This document shows, piece after piece, positions 30,366 to 39,857 of a stretch of 64,000 bases of DNA. A program made the translations under genes and the position numbers. The stretch lies in contig CAWJWJ010000001.1 of assembly GCA_963846575.1 (NCBI GenBank), positions 736,001 through 800,000 on the forward strand, written 5' to 3'. A model generated the notes under the pieces. It worked only from the letters and a program-made list of their open reading frames with translations. It was not told the origin of the DNA and made no database searches. Source of the stretch: an uncultured Nitrospiraceae bacterium (GTDB lineage: Bacteria; Nitrospirota; Nitrospiria; Nitrospirales; Nitrospiraceae). Numbering within the stretch: the stretch's first letter is position 1; each line of letters opens with the position of its first letter.

Positions 30366-30716
30366 ATGGAAACACCTGGGACACCGGAAACAAACTCTTC
30401 CGCTTCGGAGCCGGGAGGCGAGATCTGTCCACGCTGCGGAGGGTTGTTGCTGACGCAGCATTACATTGACTTGCTCGATGATACCGGGGAAATCGATATT
30501 ACGGCCTGGCATTGCACCATCTGTGGCGAGGTACTCGACCCGGTGATTGTCAAGAATCGGCAGAGTCCAGCTCCGAATCTGCTGTATGGAACAAAGGAGC
30601 GGAAATACAGCCAAATGGTCACCGACATCATCGAGGAAAGTTCGTCGGATGGGACACAGGCATGTGAGGATGATGATGTTTCACCTGATGGGCCGGAAAA
30701 CGACCGCGGGGCGTAG
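30366..30716 (+). CDS. small zinc-ribbon protein (paralog of 26246)
   Basis: CPRCGG..CTICGEVLDPVIVKNR. Confidence 0.75.
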   Translation: METPGTPETNSSASEPGGEICPRCGGLLLTQHYIDLLDDTGEIDITAWHCTICGEVLDPVIVKNRQSPAPNLLYGTKERKYSQMVTDIIEESSSDGTQACEDDDVSPDGPENDRGA

Positions 30717-30748
30717 CCGACGACCACGGTGAACCGGAGGGTCAGCTC

Positions 30749-31657
30749 ATGAAAATCATTGTGGCCGGTGGAACAGGATTCATCGGCCAGGCTCTAGTCG
30801 ATGAATTGTCCGGCCAAGGACATGAAGTGGTCGTCCTGACGCGAAACTCAGGCCGGCCTTCTCAGGCATCAGTACGGTTCGTGGAATGGGACGCAGTCTC
30901 GTTAGGGTCCTGGAAGGACGAGTTCGCCTCCGCTGATGCGGTGGTCAATCTGGCCGGGGAGTCGATCGCCGAAGGTCGTTGGACCGAGGCTCGCAAGCGA
31001 TTATTGCTCAACAGCCGGCTTCTCGCGACCAGAGTCCTGGTCGCGGCGATGGCGGCACATGCTGGCCATCCCCTCGTCCTGATCAGCGCATCGGGCATCG
31101 GTTATTACGGGGCCAGTGACGATCGGTTGTTGGATGAAGGCGCCCCTCAGGGCCAAGGTTTTCTCGCCGACCTGTCAGCGGCGTGGGAAGCCGAGGCGTT
31201 GCGCGCGAGTCAGTCTGGGACGCGGGTCGTGCTCTTGAGGACAGGTATGGTGCTCGAAGCGGACGGGGGGGCGTTGCCAAAAATGTTGCTCCCCTTTCGG
31301 TTGTTCGCCGGAGGGCCGATCTCGCCCGGTACGCAGTGGGTCTCGTGGATTCACCGTAGAGACCACATCGGTCTGATTCAATGGGCTCTCACGACATCAG
31401 CTCTCTCCGGACCGGTGAATGCCGTGGCTCCCGAGGCCGTCATCATGAATGAGTTCTGTGCGACGCTCGGCACGGTGCTTCATCGTCCTTCGTGGCTGCC
31501 CGTTCCCGGCCTCGCCCTCCGGTTGGCGTTGGGTGAATTGGGCACGCTTCTGACGACCGGCCAGCATGTCGATCCTGCGAAGGCCCGTAGGGAGGGGTAC
31601 GTCTTTCGACATCCGAAGCTGGAGGAGGCCCTTCAGTCAATCGTGACGAAGGCGTGA
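30749..31657 (+). CDS. TIGR01777/YfcH-type NAD-dependent epimerase family protein
   Basis: GGTGFIG, VNLAGESIA.GRWT, SWIH..D, GPVN.VAP. Confidence 0.92.
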   Translation: MKIIVAGGTGFIGQALVDELSGQGHEVVVLTRNSGRPSQASVRFVEWDAVSLGSWKDEFASADAVVNLAGESIAEGRWTEARKRLLLNSRLLATRVLVAAMAAHAGHPLVLISASGIGYYGASDDRLLDEGAPQGQGFLADLSAAWEAEALRASQSGTRVVLLRTGMVLEADGGALPKMLLPFRLFAGGPISPGTQWVSWIHRRDHIGLIQWALTTSALSGPVNAVAPEAVIMNEFCATLGTVLHRPSWLPVPGLALRLALGELGTLLTTGQHVDPAKARREGYVFRHPKLEEALQSIVTKA

Positions 31658-31673
31658 GTAAGGAGCAACGGAT

Positions 31674-32156
31674 ATGGGGATCCTCATGGAATCCGTGACC
31701 CACTATGTTCACGCGCTTGCCCTCGCCATCCTCTTGGGCAAGGTGGTCTTGCTGTCGTTTGTGGTGGCCCCGATTCTCGCGAAGAATCTGGAAAGGGAGC
31801 CGTTCGGAACAGTCGTGCGCCAGCTGTTTCCCGCATATTACCTGTTGGGCATGGTCGCGGCTGCCGCGGGACTCGTGGCTTTGATCGGGATCGGCAGTCT
31901 GCGAGGGTTGAGTCCGGCATTGTTAGGCGCGGCGGGGATCTGGCTCGTGGTCCTGGTGGCCGAATCCTACTGCCGGTCGCCGTTGACGCCGCAGAGTAAC
32001 GCGATGCGGGACCGGCTCAAAGAACAGGAAGAGCAGGGTAACGTCGATCCCGCCCTGCAGGTGTCTTGGAATCGACTCCACCAGCGGTCCATTTATTTGA
32101 ATTCGGTCGTACTGTTCGGGGGGCTCTGTCTGTTGGGAATCGCGCAGCAATTCTAG
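31674..32156 (+). CDS. DUF4149/TMEM205-like membrane protein
   Basis: SFVVAP, LFP.Y, LH..S..LN motifs; 4 TM. Confidence 0.85.
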   Translation: MGILMESVTHYVHALALAILLGKVVLLSFVVAPILAKNLEREPFGTVVRQLFPAYYLLGMVAAAAGLVALIGIGSLRGLSPALLGAAGIWLVVLVAESYCRSPLTPQSNAMRDRLKEQEEQGNVDPALQVSWNRLHQRSIYLNSVVLFGGLCLLGIAQQF

Positions 32157-32178
32157 CTTCGATGAAGGAGACGAAGAC

Positions 32179-32658
32179 ATGAACAGGCACATCAATTGGT
32201 ATCTGGCATTCGGATTTTTGAGCCTCATCCTGATCCAGTCGCCTATGAGAGGACAGGAAATCCTGGCGGCCGGTGAAGCGGCTAATCCGGAATCGCAGGC
32301 TCAGCCATCGCGTGGATCCGAAGCGACGATTCCGGATGGTGTGATCGGAGTCTCGCTCCATGTTGGGGCGGAACGAGTGGGCGATACGGCGGTGCTCTAT
32401 GTCGCGCACGTGTTGCCCGAAGGCCCGGCGCAACGGGCCGGACTTAAGCAGGGTGATGAGATCACGACGGTGGATGGCGAGCCCGTGACCGGCAAGACGT
32501 ATGAACAAGTGGCCTTAATGGTGCGAGGGGCCGCCGGGTCGGTCGTCAAACTCGCCGTCAAGGGAGACGGAGGTTCTCGCGAGGTCTCCGTCACGCGCAC
32601 GGCCAGTCAAACGCTCTACAAGGGACAGATGGGATCGCACGGCGGCTCTGCCAAATAG
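32179..32658 (+). CDS. secreted PDZ-domain protein
   Basis: Signal peptide; GVIGV, PAQRAGLKQGDEITTVDG. Confidence 0.85.
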   Translation: MNRHINWYLAFGFLSLILIQSPMRGQEILAAGEAANPESQAQPSRGSEATIPDGVIGVSLHVGAERVGDTAVLYVAHVLPEGPAQRAGLKQGDEITTVDGEPVTGKTYEQVALMVRGAAGSVVKLAVKGDGGSREVSVTRTASQTLYKGQMGSHGGSAK

Positions 32659-32665
32659 GTGGTCT

Positions 32666-33190
32666 ATGTACAGGATGATCGCAATACTCGGATTATTCGT
32701 CGCTCTCGTGGCGGAACCGGCTGCGTACGCCCACGACCGGATGATCCAGACCGCCGGGGTATCCTCCGTTGAGCGGACCAAGGTCTACCTGATGGCCGGC
32801 GACTATCGCCGAGCGCTGGAAGCCTGTGAACGGGTCATTCAGGAATTGCCTTCGGTAGAAGGATACCTTCATCTCACATACGTGTATCAAGCCATTGATG
32901 CGTATCTGGAGCAATTGTCTCAAGACGAGAGCTGGATGGCGGTTGAACAGTTGTATCTCAATCTGGCCTACCGCCATACGGAGGATCTCGTCGATCCTCC
33001 CGGCGGCCTGGCCCGCATGGCCAAAGAGATGATTCAAACCAGCGTCCGGCAACAATCGGACCTCAGCGCCGCGATGGCGGCTCGTCTGGACAAAGCTGAG
33101 TCCGACCGGCTCTGGCAGGAGCAGACGAAGTGGCGGAAGGCACACCCCACCACGTGGTGGCGAGGTTTTCCTGATCCGTGGGTTCGTTGA
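32666..33190 (+). CDS. secreted helical (TPR-like) hypothetical protein
   Basis: Signal peptide; YLMAGDYRRALEAC. Confidence 0.7.
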   Translation: MYRMIAILGLFVALVAEPAAYAHDRMIQTAGVSSVERTKVYLMAGDYRRALEACERVIQELPSVEGYLHLTYVYQAIDAYLEQLSQDESWMAVEQLYLNLAYRHTEDLVDPPGGLARMAKEMIQTSVRQQSDLSAAMAARLDKAESDRLWQEQTKWRKAHPTTWWRGFPDPWVR

Positions 33191-33238
33191 TCAGCACGGG
33201 TGCTCAAGCGCAACGGTCTCGGACAAGGAGATCGAACT

Positions 33239-33670
33239 ATGGCCAGACACCGAACTGCAGGCGGTCTCGATATCAAACTGTTCGGAGCACTCTTTCTGCT
33301 CGTGGGACTGATTGATGTGCTCATCATTGAAATGTTCCCGGCCTATGAGCTGAAACTGTTCGGCGCCGCGGTCACGGGCCCGCTGGCCTATGTGGTCAAG
33401 CTGCATTCGCCGGCCGCGCATTTTCTGATCGGCTACGGGTTTCTGTTCCTGCGCCCATGGGCCTGGGGTCTGGCCATCGCCTATGGCGGCTTCGGCCTCA
33501 CGAGCGAATTGATGAACCAGGTTGCGTACGGAGTGCATCCCTTACGAACCGGCTTCATGGCTGCTACCGTGTTGTTCATCTGCTATGTGGCCTGGCGCCG
33601 CAACGTGTTTGTTGATTCCGCTCCCTCGCCCGGGCGCGTGGCCTCTTCATCGCCGGGGGTGCACTCATGA
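33239..33670 (+). CDS. membrane protein (4 TM)
   Basis: AAGGAG RBS; hydrophobic helices; stop overlaps the photolyase start. Confidence 0.75.
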   Translation: MARHRTAGGLDIKLFGALFLLVGLIDVLIIEMFPAYELKLFGAAVTGPLAYVVKLHSPAAHFLIGYGFLFLRPWAWGLAIAYGGFGLTSELMNQVAYGVHPLRTGFMAATVLFICYVAWRRNVFVDSAPSPGRVASSSPGVHS

Positions 33671-35112
33671 AGGGATTGGTCTGGTTTCGTCGCGACCTCC
33701 GGGTCCGTGACAATTCCGCCCTCTCAGCGGCCTGCGAAGAATGCCGGGAGATTGTCCCTTTGTTTGTATTCGATGAACCGCTGTTACGATCGCATGTATT
33801 CGGGTCGGCGAGCGTCACATTCATGCTGGGCTGTCTCGAGGAACTGAAGGCGTCCCTGGCCGCCCGAGGCCTCACGCTCGCGTGGCGGATCGGCGAGCCG
33901 ATCGACACAGTGCTGCAGACTGCCAAGGATCTCGCGGTCGATGCGGTGTATTGGAACCGTGACTACGAACCGGCCGCGCTGCATCGGGATCGCACGATTC
34001 AGCAGAGGCTGGCGCGCAAGGGTCGCACGGTGCGGACGTTTAAGGACCATGTGGTATTCGAGGCCGAAGAAGTGCGCGGATTGACCGGTGAACCGTTCCA
34101 GCGCTACAGCGCCTACCGTGATCGCTGGTGGGTGAAATGGAAGGCTGCGGCGCCGCCGGTCCTCCCCCTGCCCACGTTCAAGCCGGCGAATCCGGAAGGA
34201 CCGGTCCCGGATTCCCCGCTATGGCCTTCCGCAGCGGACCTCGGCTACCAGTCGGTGCCGATGTGGATCGAGCCCGGTGAACAAGCGGCGCGTGCCCGGC
34301 TGCAGTGGTTCCTGCGTGGACCGATCCATGACTATGTCAGCGGCAGAAACCTTCCGGCGAGCGACGGGACCTCCAGACTGTCTCCGCATTTACGATTCGG
34401 GACGATCTCCGCTCGCACCGCCATTCATGCGGCTCTGACCGCACTCTCGAAAGGCGGTGCGGTGTCACGTGCCGATGTCTACACATGGGTTGACGAACTT
34501 GTCTGGCGAGATTTTTTCCAACAGGTCTTGACCGCCTTTCCCGCCGTCGCCAACGGACCCTTTAAGAAGAAGCCGACCCTTCCCCCATGCCGGCCGGCAG
34601 GATCCGAGCGGGATCGATTATTCGCCGCCTGGTCCCAGGGTCTGACCGGCTATCCGATCGTGGATGCGGGCATGCGGCAGTTGAAGCAGACCGGCTGGAT
34701 GCACAACCGCGTTCGAATGGTCGTCGCCTCATTTCTCGTGAAGGATCTCCGGATCGACTGGCAGAGCGGCGAGCGGTATTTCATGCAGCAGCTTGTCGAC
34801 GGAGACCTGGCGGCGAACAACGGGAACTGGCAATGGTGCGCCTCGACCGGAACGGATGCCATGCAGGGCTACAGGATTTTCAATCCGCGGATTCAAAGCG
34901 AAAAGTTCGATCGAGAGGGCGAATATCTCCGGCGCTATGTACCGGAATTGAACGGCGTTCCGGCGAAATGGATTCATGAGCCGCATCTCATGCCCCGGGA
35001 GGAACAAGCACGGGCCGGATGCCGGATCGGCGAAGAGTACCCCGAACCCATCGTGGATCACCGGCAAGCCCGCCAGGAATACCTTGAACTAGGAAAGCAG
35101 AGGGCGACGTGA
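33667..35112 (+). CDS. phrB: deoxyribodipyrimidine photolyase (class I CPD/cryptochrome family)
   Basis: WFRRDLRVRDN, TSRLSPHLRFG, GYPIVDAGMRQL..TGWMHNRVRM, NNGNWQW. Confidence 0.95.
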   Translation: MKGLVWFRRDLRVRDNSALSAACEECREIVPLFVFDEPLLRSHVFGSASVTFMLGCLEELKASLAARGLTLAWRIGEPIDTVLQTAKDLAVDAVYWNRDYEPAALHRDRTIQQRLARKGRTVRTFKDHVVFEAEEVRGLTGEPFQRYSAYRDRWWVKWKAAAPPVLPLPTFKPANPEGPVPDSPLWPSAADLGYQSVPMWIEPGEQAARARLQWFLRGPIHDYVSGRNLPASDGTSRLSPHLRFGTISARTAIHAALTALSKGGAVSRADVYTWVDELVWRDFFQQVLTAFPAVANGPFKKKPTLPPCRPAGSERDRLFAAWSQGLTGYPIVDAGMRQLKQTGWMHNRVRMVVASFLVKDLRIDWQSGERYFMQQLVDGDLAANNGNWQWCASTGTDAMQGYRIFNPRIQSEKFDREGEYLRRYVPELNGVPAKWIHEPHLMPREEQARAGCRIGEEYPEPIVDHRQARQEYLELGKQRAT

Positions 35113-36065
35113 TGACGAACAGTCCCCTCCGTCTTGGCATCAGCCGTTGCCTGCTCGGGGAAGAAGTTCGGTTCGATGGCGGGCACAAGCGGGATGCTTT
35201 TCTGACGAATCTCCTGGGCCGGTACGTCGAGTGGGTGCCGGTCTGTCCGGAAGTCGAGGCCGGGCTGGGCACTCCTCGTGAAGCGATGCGGCTGGTTGGT
35301 AGCCCGGCCGAGCCCCGGCTGTTGACCATCAAGAGCGGACGAGATCACACCCGGGCGTTGGAAGCGATGACGGCCGCACGACTTCCTGAACTGGAGGAGT
35401 TGGACTTGTCCGGCTACGTGTTCAAGAAGGACTCTCCGAGCTGCGGCATCGAACGGGTTCGCATTTACAATGAACAGGGCATGCCGGGACGGAACGGAAT
35501 CGGACTATTTGCACGAGCCTACATGCAGCGATTTCCGATGATTCCGGTGGAGGAGGAAGGAAGGCTCTGCGATCCGCCGCTTCGGGAGAATTTCATTGAG
35601 CGGGTATTCTGTTATCGCCGGTGGCGCGATCTGAGTCAGAGTGGCGTGACCCGGCAGGCGGTGGTGCACTTCCACACGATCCATAAATACCTCCTGCTCG
35701 CCCATGATGCCCAGCGATATCGCCTCCTCGGACGGCTGGTGGCCGCGGCGAATGAGTATCGACCCAAGGATCTGGCGTTACGCTATGGCGAACTCTTCAT
35801 GCAGGCGTTGGCTGTGAAGGCGACCGTACGCAAGCACGTGAATGTGCTCCAGCATATCCTGGGATATTTCAAAGAGCGTCTGGCCCAGCAGGAGAGGGCT
35901 GAACTGATGAGCGTCATCGACGATTACCACCAGGGGCTCACGCCTCTGATCGTTCCTCTGACCTTGATCAAACACTATGTACAGATCTTTGACGTAGCCT
36001 ATATCCGGGATCAGGTCTATCTGAATCCCCATCCGAAGGAACTGATGCTCCGGAATCATGTATAG
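35109..36065 (+). CDS. DUF523-DUF1722 fusion (YbgA/RudS-like thio-pyrimidine desulfidase)
   Basis: GISRCLLGEEVRFDGGH, VCPEVE.GLGTPRE, SPSCG, EEEGRL, Q.YL.P.P.EL. Confidence 0.9.
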   Translation: MMTNSPLRLGISRCLLGEEVRFDGGHKRDAFLTNLLGRYVEWVPVCPEVEAGLGTPREAMRLVGSPAEPRLLTIKSGRDHTRALEAMTAARLPELEELDLSGYVFKKDSPSCGIERVRIYNEQGMPGRNGIGLFARAYMQRFPMIPVEEEGRLCDPPLRENFIERVFCYRRWRDLSQSGVTRQAVVHFHTIHKYLLLAHDAQRYRLLGRLVAAANEYRPKDLALRYGELFMQALAVKATVRKHVNVLQHILGYFKERLAQQERAELMSVIDDYHQGLTPLIVPLTLIKHYVQIFDVAYIRDQVYLNPHPKELMLRNHV

Positions 36066-36207
36066 CGCGGAGGGCCAGGTCATCGAGGCTTGCCTCGAAC
36101 ATGAAGCGGGTGTCGCAGGGAAAACATCAACCAGCAGGTTTGCAGGAAATCCGAAGGTCCCGGGTTGAGAGGGATCGAACAGGACAGGTAGCAAGGAGGA
36201 GTGGGCG

Positions 36208-36717
36208 ATGTCGACAAAAACAAGAGGCGTGATTTTGGTTGGCCATGGTGGAATCCCGAAGGACTGCCCACAGGACCTCGTGACGCGATTGAAACGGCTG
36301 GAAGCCCAACGCAGGGCCGCCAAGCTCCCACCCACGCCGGAAGAAAACGAATTAGACGCGAAGATCCGGCGATGGCCGCGGACCGCCGTGACGGAGCCCT
36401 ATCAAGCGGGTCTTGAAACCGTGGCGGCGCGACTCCGGACTCAATTGAATGGTGCGCTGTTTGCCGTTGCCTATAACGAGTTTTGCGCTCCGACTCTCGA
36501 AGAGGCGGTGGAGGATCTGGTGAAGCAAGGGGCGACGGACATTACGGTCACGACCACCATGTTTACCCCGGGCGGGTCGCATTCCGAGATCGAGATTCCG
36601 GAGATTCTCGAACAGCTTCAGAAACGGTACCCGTCCATCGACCTCCGTTATGCCTGGCCGTTTGATCTGGACCTCGTCGCAACCACTTTGGCTGAACAGA
36701 TCAAGCGATTTGCCTGA
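36208..36717 (+). CDS. CbiX/SirB-family chelatase-like protein
   Basis: ILVGHG, AYNEFCAPTL, PGGSHSE.EIP. Confidence 0.8.
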   Translation: MSTKTRGVILVGHGGIPKDCPQDLVTRLKRLEAQRRAAKLPPTPEENELDAKIRRWPRTAVTEPYQAGLETVAARLRTQLNGALFAVAYNEFCAPTLEEAVEDLVKQGATDITVTTTMFTPGGSHSEIEIPEILEQLQKRYPSIDLRYAWPFDLDLVATTLAEQIKRFA

Positions 36718-36852
36718 CCGGGTCGTGGCAAGGATGCCGCTCTCTAGTTCGCCTGGAGAGATGCGAGGCAGATGGGGCGATGCATCGGGGCCTGGTCAGG
36801 AATCCGTCCGGGTTTTCCCCTCGTAGTAGTAAACATAGGGAAGGAGTCCGTG

Positions 36853-37048
36853 ATGCACCCGGTGATCGAGCGATTTAAACAGATGTATCACCGATTGTTG
36901 CCCGGTCTGTGGGATTGTTGAGCGAGCGGTACGGCGACGACAGCGAGGCTGTCTACCAGCGGGACTAGTTCGATGCCGGTGGGATGTTGTACGAGCAGCT
37001 TCCGTTCAGCGGGTCGGTCATCGGGATCATCAGGGGCGAGTGTGAGCC
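36853..37048 (+). pseudogene. NTF2/SnoaL-like gene remnant
   Basis: AAGGAG RBS, MHPVIERFKQMY, then VYQRD*FDAGGMLYEQLP (family pattern YHRDYFD..MLYE..P); internal deletion and in-frame stop. Confidence 0.7.
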
Positions 37049-37819
37049 ATGCGGCGACTGCACGTAAAAGACCGTCGGGTCTGGGTCACGGGGGCCTCGG
37101 CCGGCATTGGCCGCGCGGTGAGTGTTGAACTGGTTCGTCGGGGGGCGAGGGTCATCGCCTCGGCGCGGAACGACGGAGCCCTTGCCGGGCTTGCCCGGGA
37201 ATGCGGTGACGATCGTGTCATCGCCCTTCCACTCGATGTGACGGACCGACAGGCCAACCAGCGCGCGGTGGATGAGATTCGCCGACGATGGGGCACTCTG
37301 GATATTGCCTTCTTGAACGCCGGTACCTGCGAGTATGTCGATGTCGCGACCTTTGATTGCGCACCCTTCGAACGCACGATGCGCACGAACTTCCTGAGCA
37401 TGGTGTATGGCATCGAGGCCGTACTACCGCTGCTGCGGCAGTCACCGTCCGCCCAGTTGGTGGGAATGAGCAGTACGGTCGCCTATGGCGGCCTGCCACG
37501 CTCCGAAGCCTACGGTGCGTCGAAGGCGGCCATCAAACATTTGTTCGAATCCCTGCAAGCCGATCTGTTCCCCGAAGGTATCAGCGTCTCCGTCGTCTGT
37601 CCGGGTTTCGTGCGTACCGCGTTAACCGACCGGAACGACTTTCCGATGCCCTTTCGCATCGAGGCCGAGGAGGCAGCTCGGCGGATCGTGGACGGGATCG
37701 AGCGCAGGCAGCCGGAGATTCATTTTCCCAAGCGATTCAGCCTGCCCTTCAAGCTGCTGACGCTGCTCCCGAGCCGGCTCTACATGCGATTGCTCTCAAC
37801 GATGGTGACGCAGCCATGA
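37049..37819 (+). CDS. short-chain dehydrogenase/reductase
   Basis: TGASAGIG, NAG, YGASK, PGFV.T.LT. Confidence 0.93.
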   Translation: MRRLHVKDRRVWVTGASAGIGRAVSVELVRRGARVIASARNDGALAGLARECGDDRVIALPLDVTDRQANQRAVDEIRRRWGTLDIAFLNAGTCEYVDVATFDCAPFERTMRTNFLSMVYGIEAVLPLLRQSPSAQLVGMSSTVAYGGLPRSEAYGASKAAIKHLFESLQADLFPEGISVSVVCPGFVRTALTDRNDFPMPFRIEAEEAARRIVDGIERRQPEIHFPKRFSLPFKLLTLLPSRLYMRLLSTMVTQP

Positions 37820-39075
37820 GAATTGCCATCATAGGAACCGGTATTGCGGGACTGACCGCGGCCCATCTGCTGCACCAGGCGCATGACCTCACCGTCTTCG
37901 AAGCAGGGGATTATATCGGGGGGCACACACATACGCTCGACGTTGAACATCAGGGACACACCTATGCGCTGGATACCGGGTTTATCGTGTTTAACGACTG
38001 GACCTACCCCAATTTCATTGCCCTGCTGGACCGCCTCCAGGTGGCGTCACAGCCGAGCGACATGAGTTTCAGTGTCCGTTGTGAACGGACCGGCCTGGAG
38101 TACAACGGCGCCACCCTGAACCGGCTGTTTGCTCAGCGACGTAATCTGTTGCGGCCGTCGTTTTATCGCATGATCCGGGACATCCTCCGCTTCAACCGGG
38201 AGTCGCTCGAACTCCTCGACGACCCTGGGACGGGACCGTCGCTGGGTACGTACTTGGAGCGGAACCGATATTCCCAGGCGTTTATCCAACACTACATTGT
38301 TCCGATGGGGGGGGCGATCTGGTCGGCCGGCCATGCCACGATGTGGGAGTTTCCCGCGCGGTATCTCGTCCAGTTTTTTAAGAACCACGGCATGTTATCG
38401 GTCAATGAACGACCGACGTGGCGAGTGGTCACGGGCGGCTCGCAACGGTATGTGGAAAAACTGGTGCGTCCGTTCCGTGATCGCATCCGACTGCAGTCTC
38501 CAGTGGAATCTATCAGCCGGGGTCCCGGTTGGGTTGAGGTGCGGGGACGTGACTGCGGCGGAAGCTATCGTACCGAACAATTCGACGGAGTCATTCTGGC
38601 CTGCCATAGCGATCAGGCGCTCGGACTCCTGGCCGACCCCTCACCGTTGGAAAAGGATATTCTGGGAGCCATTCCCTATCAGCAAAACGAGGCGGTCCTG
38701 CATACCGATCGTTCGCTCCTGCCGAGGCGTCGCCTCGCCTGGGCCTCCTGGAATTATCATCTGTCAGCCGTCCGGCCGGACCACGCGCTCGTGACGTACC
38801 ACCTGAATCAACTCCAGGGACTGTCGGCGTCCTGCGAATTCTGCGTCACTCTGAATCACACCGATACGATCGATCCGTCGGCGATCCTGAAACGGCTCAT
38901 CTATCACCATCCTCGCTACACCCCCGAGGCGATTGCCGCTCAACGACGGCATGGCGAAATCAACGGGAAGAACCGAACCTTTTACTGCGGTGCCTACTGG
39001 GGGTTTGGATTTCACGAAGACGGCATCACGAGTGCCATGGCGGCTTGCCGGAATCTGACGACGGTGGGCGCATGA
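37816..39075 (+). CDS. FAD-dependent oxidoreductase (UfaD-like desaturase)
   Basis: IAIIGTGIAGL, GGH.HT, DTGFIVFN..TYPNF, AWASWNY, GFHEDG. Confidence 0.9.
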   Translation: MRIAIIGTGIAGLTAAHLLHQAHDLTVFEAGDYIGGHTHTLDVEHQGHTYALDTGFIVFNDWTYPNFIALLDRLQVASQPSDMSFSVRCERTGLEYNGATLNRLFAQRRNLLRPSFYRMIRDILRFNRESLELLDDPGTGPSLGTYLERNRYSQAFIQHYIVPMGGAIWSAGHATMWEFPARYLVQFFKNHGMLSVNERPTWRVVTGGSQRYVEKLVRPFRDRIRLQSPVESISRGPGWVEVRGRDCGGSYRTEQFDGVILACHSDQALGLLADPSPLEKDILGAIPYQQNEAVLHTDRSLLPRRRLAWASWNYHLSAVRPDHALVTYHLNQLQGLSASCEFCVTLNHTDTIDPSAILKRLIYHHPRYTPEAIAAQRRHGEINGKNRTFYCGAYWGFGFHEDGITSAMAACRNLTTVGA

Positions 39076-39857
39076 AGAGCTGTGTCTATGAGGGGACCAT
39101 AAGGCACCGACGGACCGCGCCCATTCACCACGCGTTCCAATACCGAATCTTTATGATGTATCTCGATCTCGCCGAGCTGCCTACTGTGTTCCGGGGGCGA
39201 TATCTCTGGTCCGCGCACCGCCCCAATGTGGCCTGGTTCAGCCAGGCCGACCATCTCGGGACCCTGCTATTCCCATTGGACCGCAACGTCCGCGACCTCG
39301 TCGAGCTGAAAACCGGTCGGCGGCCAGCCGGTCCCATCCGTCTCCTGACGCATCTTCGGTACTTCGGGTACGGATTCAATCCGGTGAGTTTCTATTTTTG
39401 TTTCGACCCGCTCGATCAGCACGTGGAAACCATTGTTGCCGAAGTGAGCAATACGCCCTGGGGCGAACAACATTGCTATGTATTGGGAGCGGCCTTGGAC
39501 GAAGGCACCGGACGTCGTCACCGCTATCGCTTTGACAAGCAATTCCATGTGTCCCCTTTCATGGGCATGGACGTGGATTACGATTGGCGATTCGGGACGC
39601 CGGGCGCCGGACTGGGAATCCATATGGAAAATTTACAGGACGGGAGGCGGTTTTTCGACGCCACCATGATCCTGCGCCGTAAGGAGATCACGGGGCCCTC
39701 CCTCGCCCGGGTCCTGGTCCAGTATCCGATGATGACCCTGCGGGTCATCGCAGCCATTCACTGGCAAGCGTTGCGGTTGTGGCTCAAACGTTGTCCCTAC
39801 GTGCCCCATCCCAGCAGGCACAGGCCCACTATTCGCCCAGGGAGGATTTCCGGATGA
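39072..39857 (+). CDS. DUF1365 family protein (UfaO-like)
   Basis: HRR..P..H.F.Y, FNPVSFYFC, AEVSNTPWGE.H.Y, K.FHVSPF, IHWQAL.LW.K. Confidence 0.92.
   Translation: MKSCVYEGTIRHRRTAPIHHAFQYRIFMMYLDLAELPTVFRGRYLWSAHRPNVAWFSQADHLGTLLFPLDRNVRDLVELKTGRRPAGPIRLLTHLRYFGYGFNPVSFYFCFDPLDQHVETIVAEVSNTPWGEQHCYVLGAALDEGTGRRHRYRFDKQFHVSPFMGMDVDYDWRFGTPGAGLGIHMENLQDGRRFFDATMILRRKEITGPSLARVLVQYPMMTLRVIAAIHWQALRLWLKRCPYVPHPSRHRPTIRPGRISG

Noticed and set aside
37357..37815. Apparent N-terminal extension of the FAD oxidoreductase (572 aa)
   Set aside because: Overlaps the SDR in another frame; the real start is ATG37816 at the GxGxxG motif
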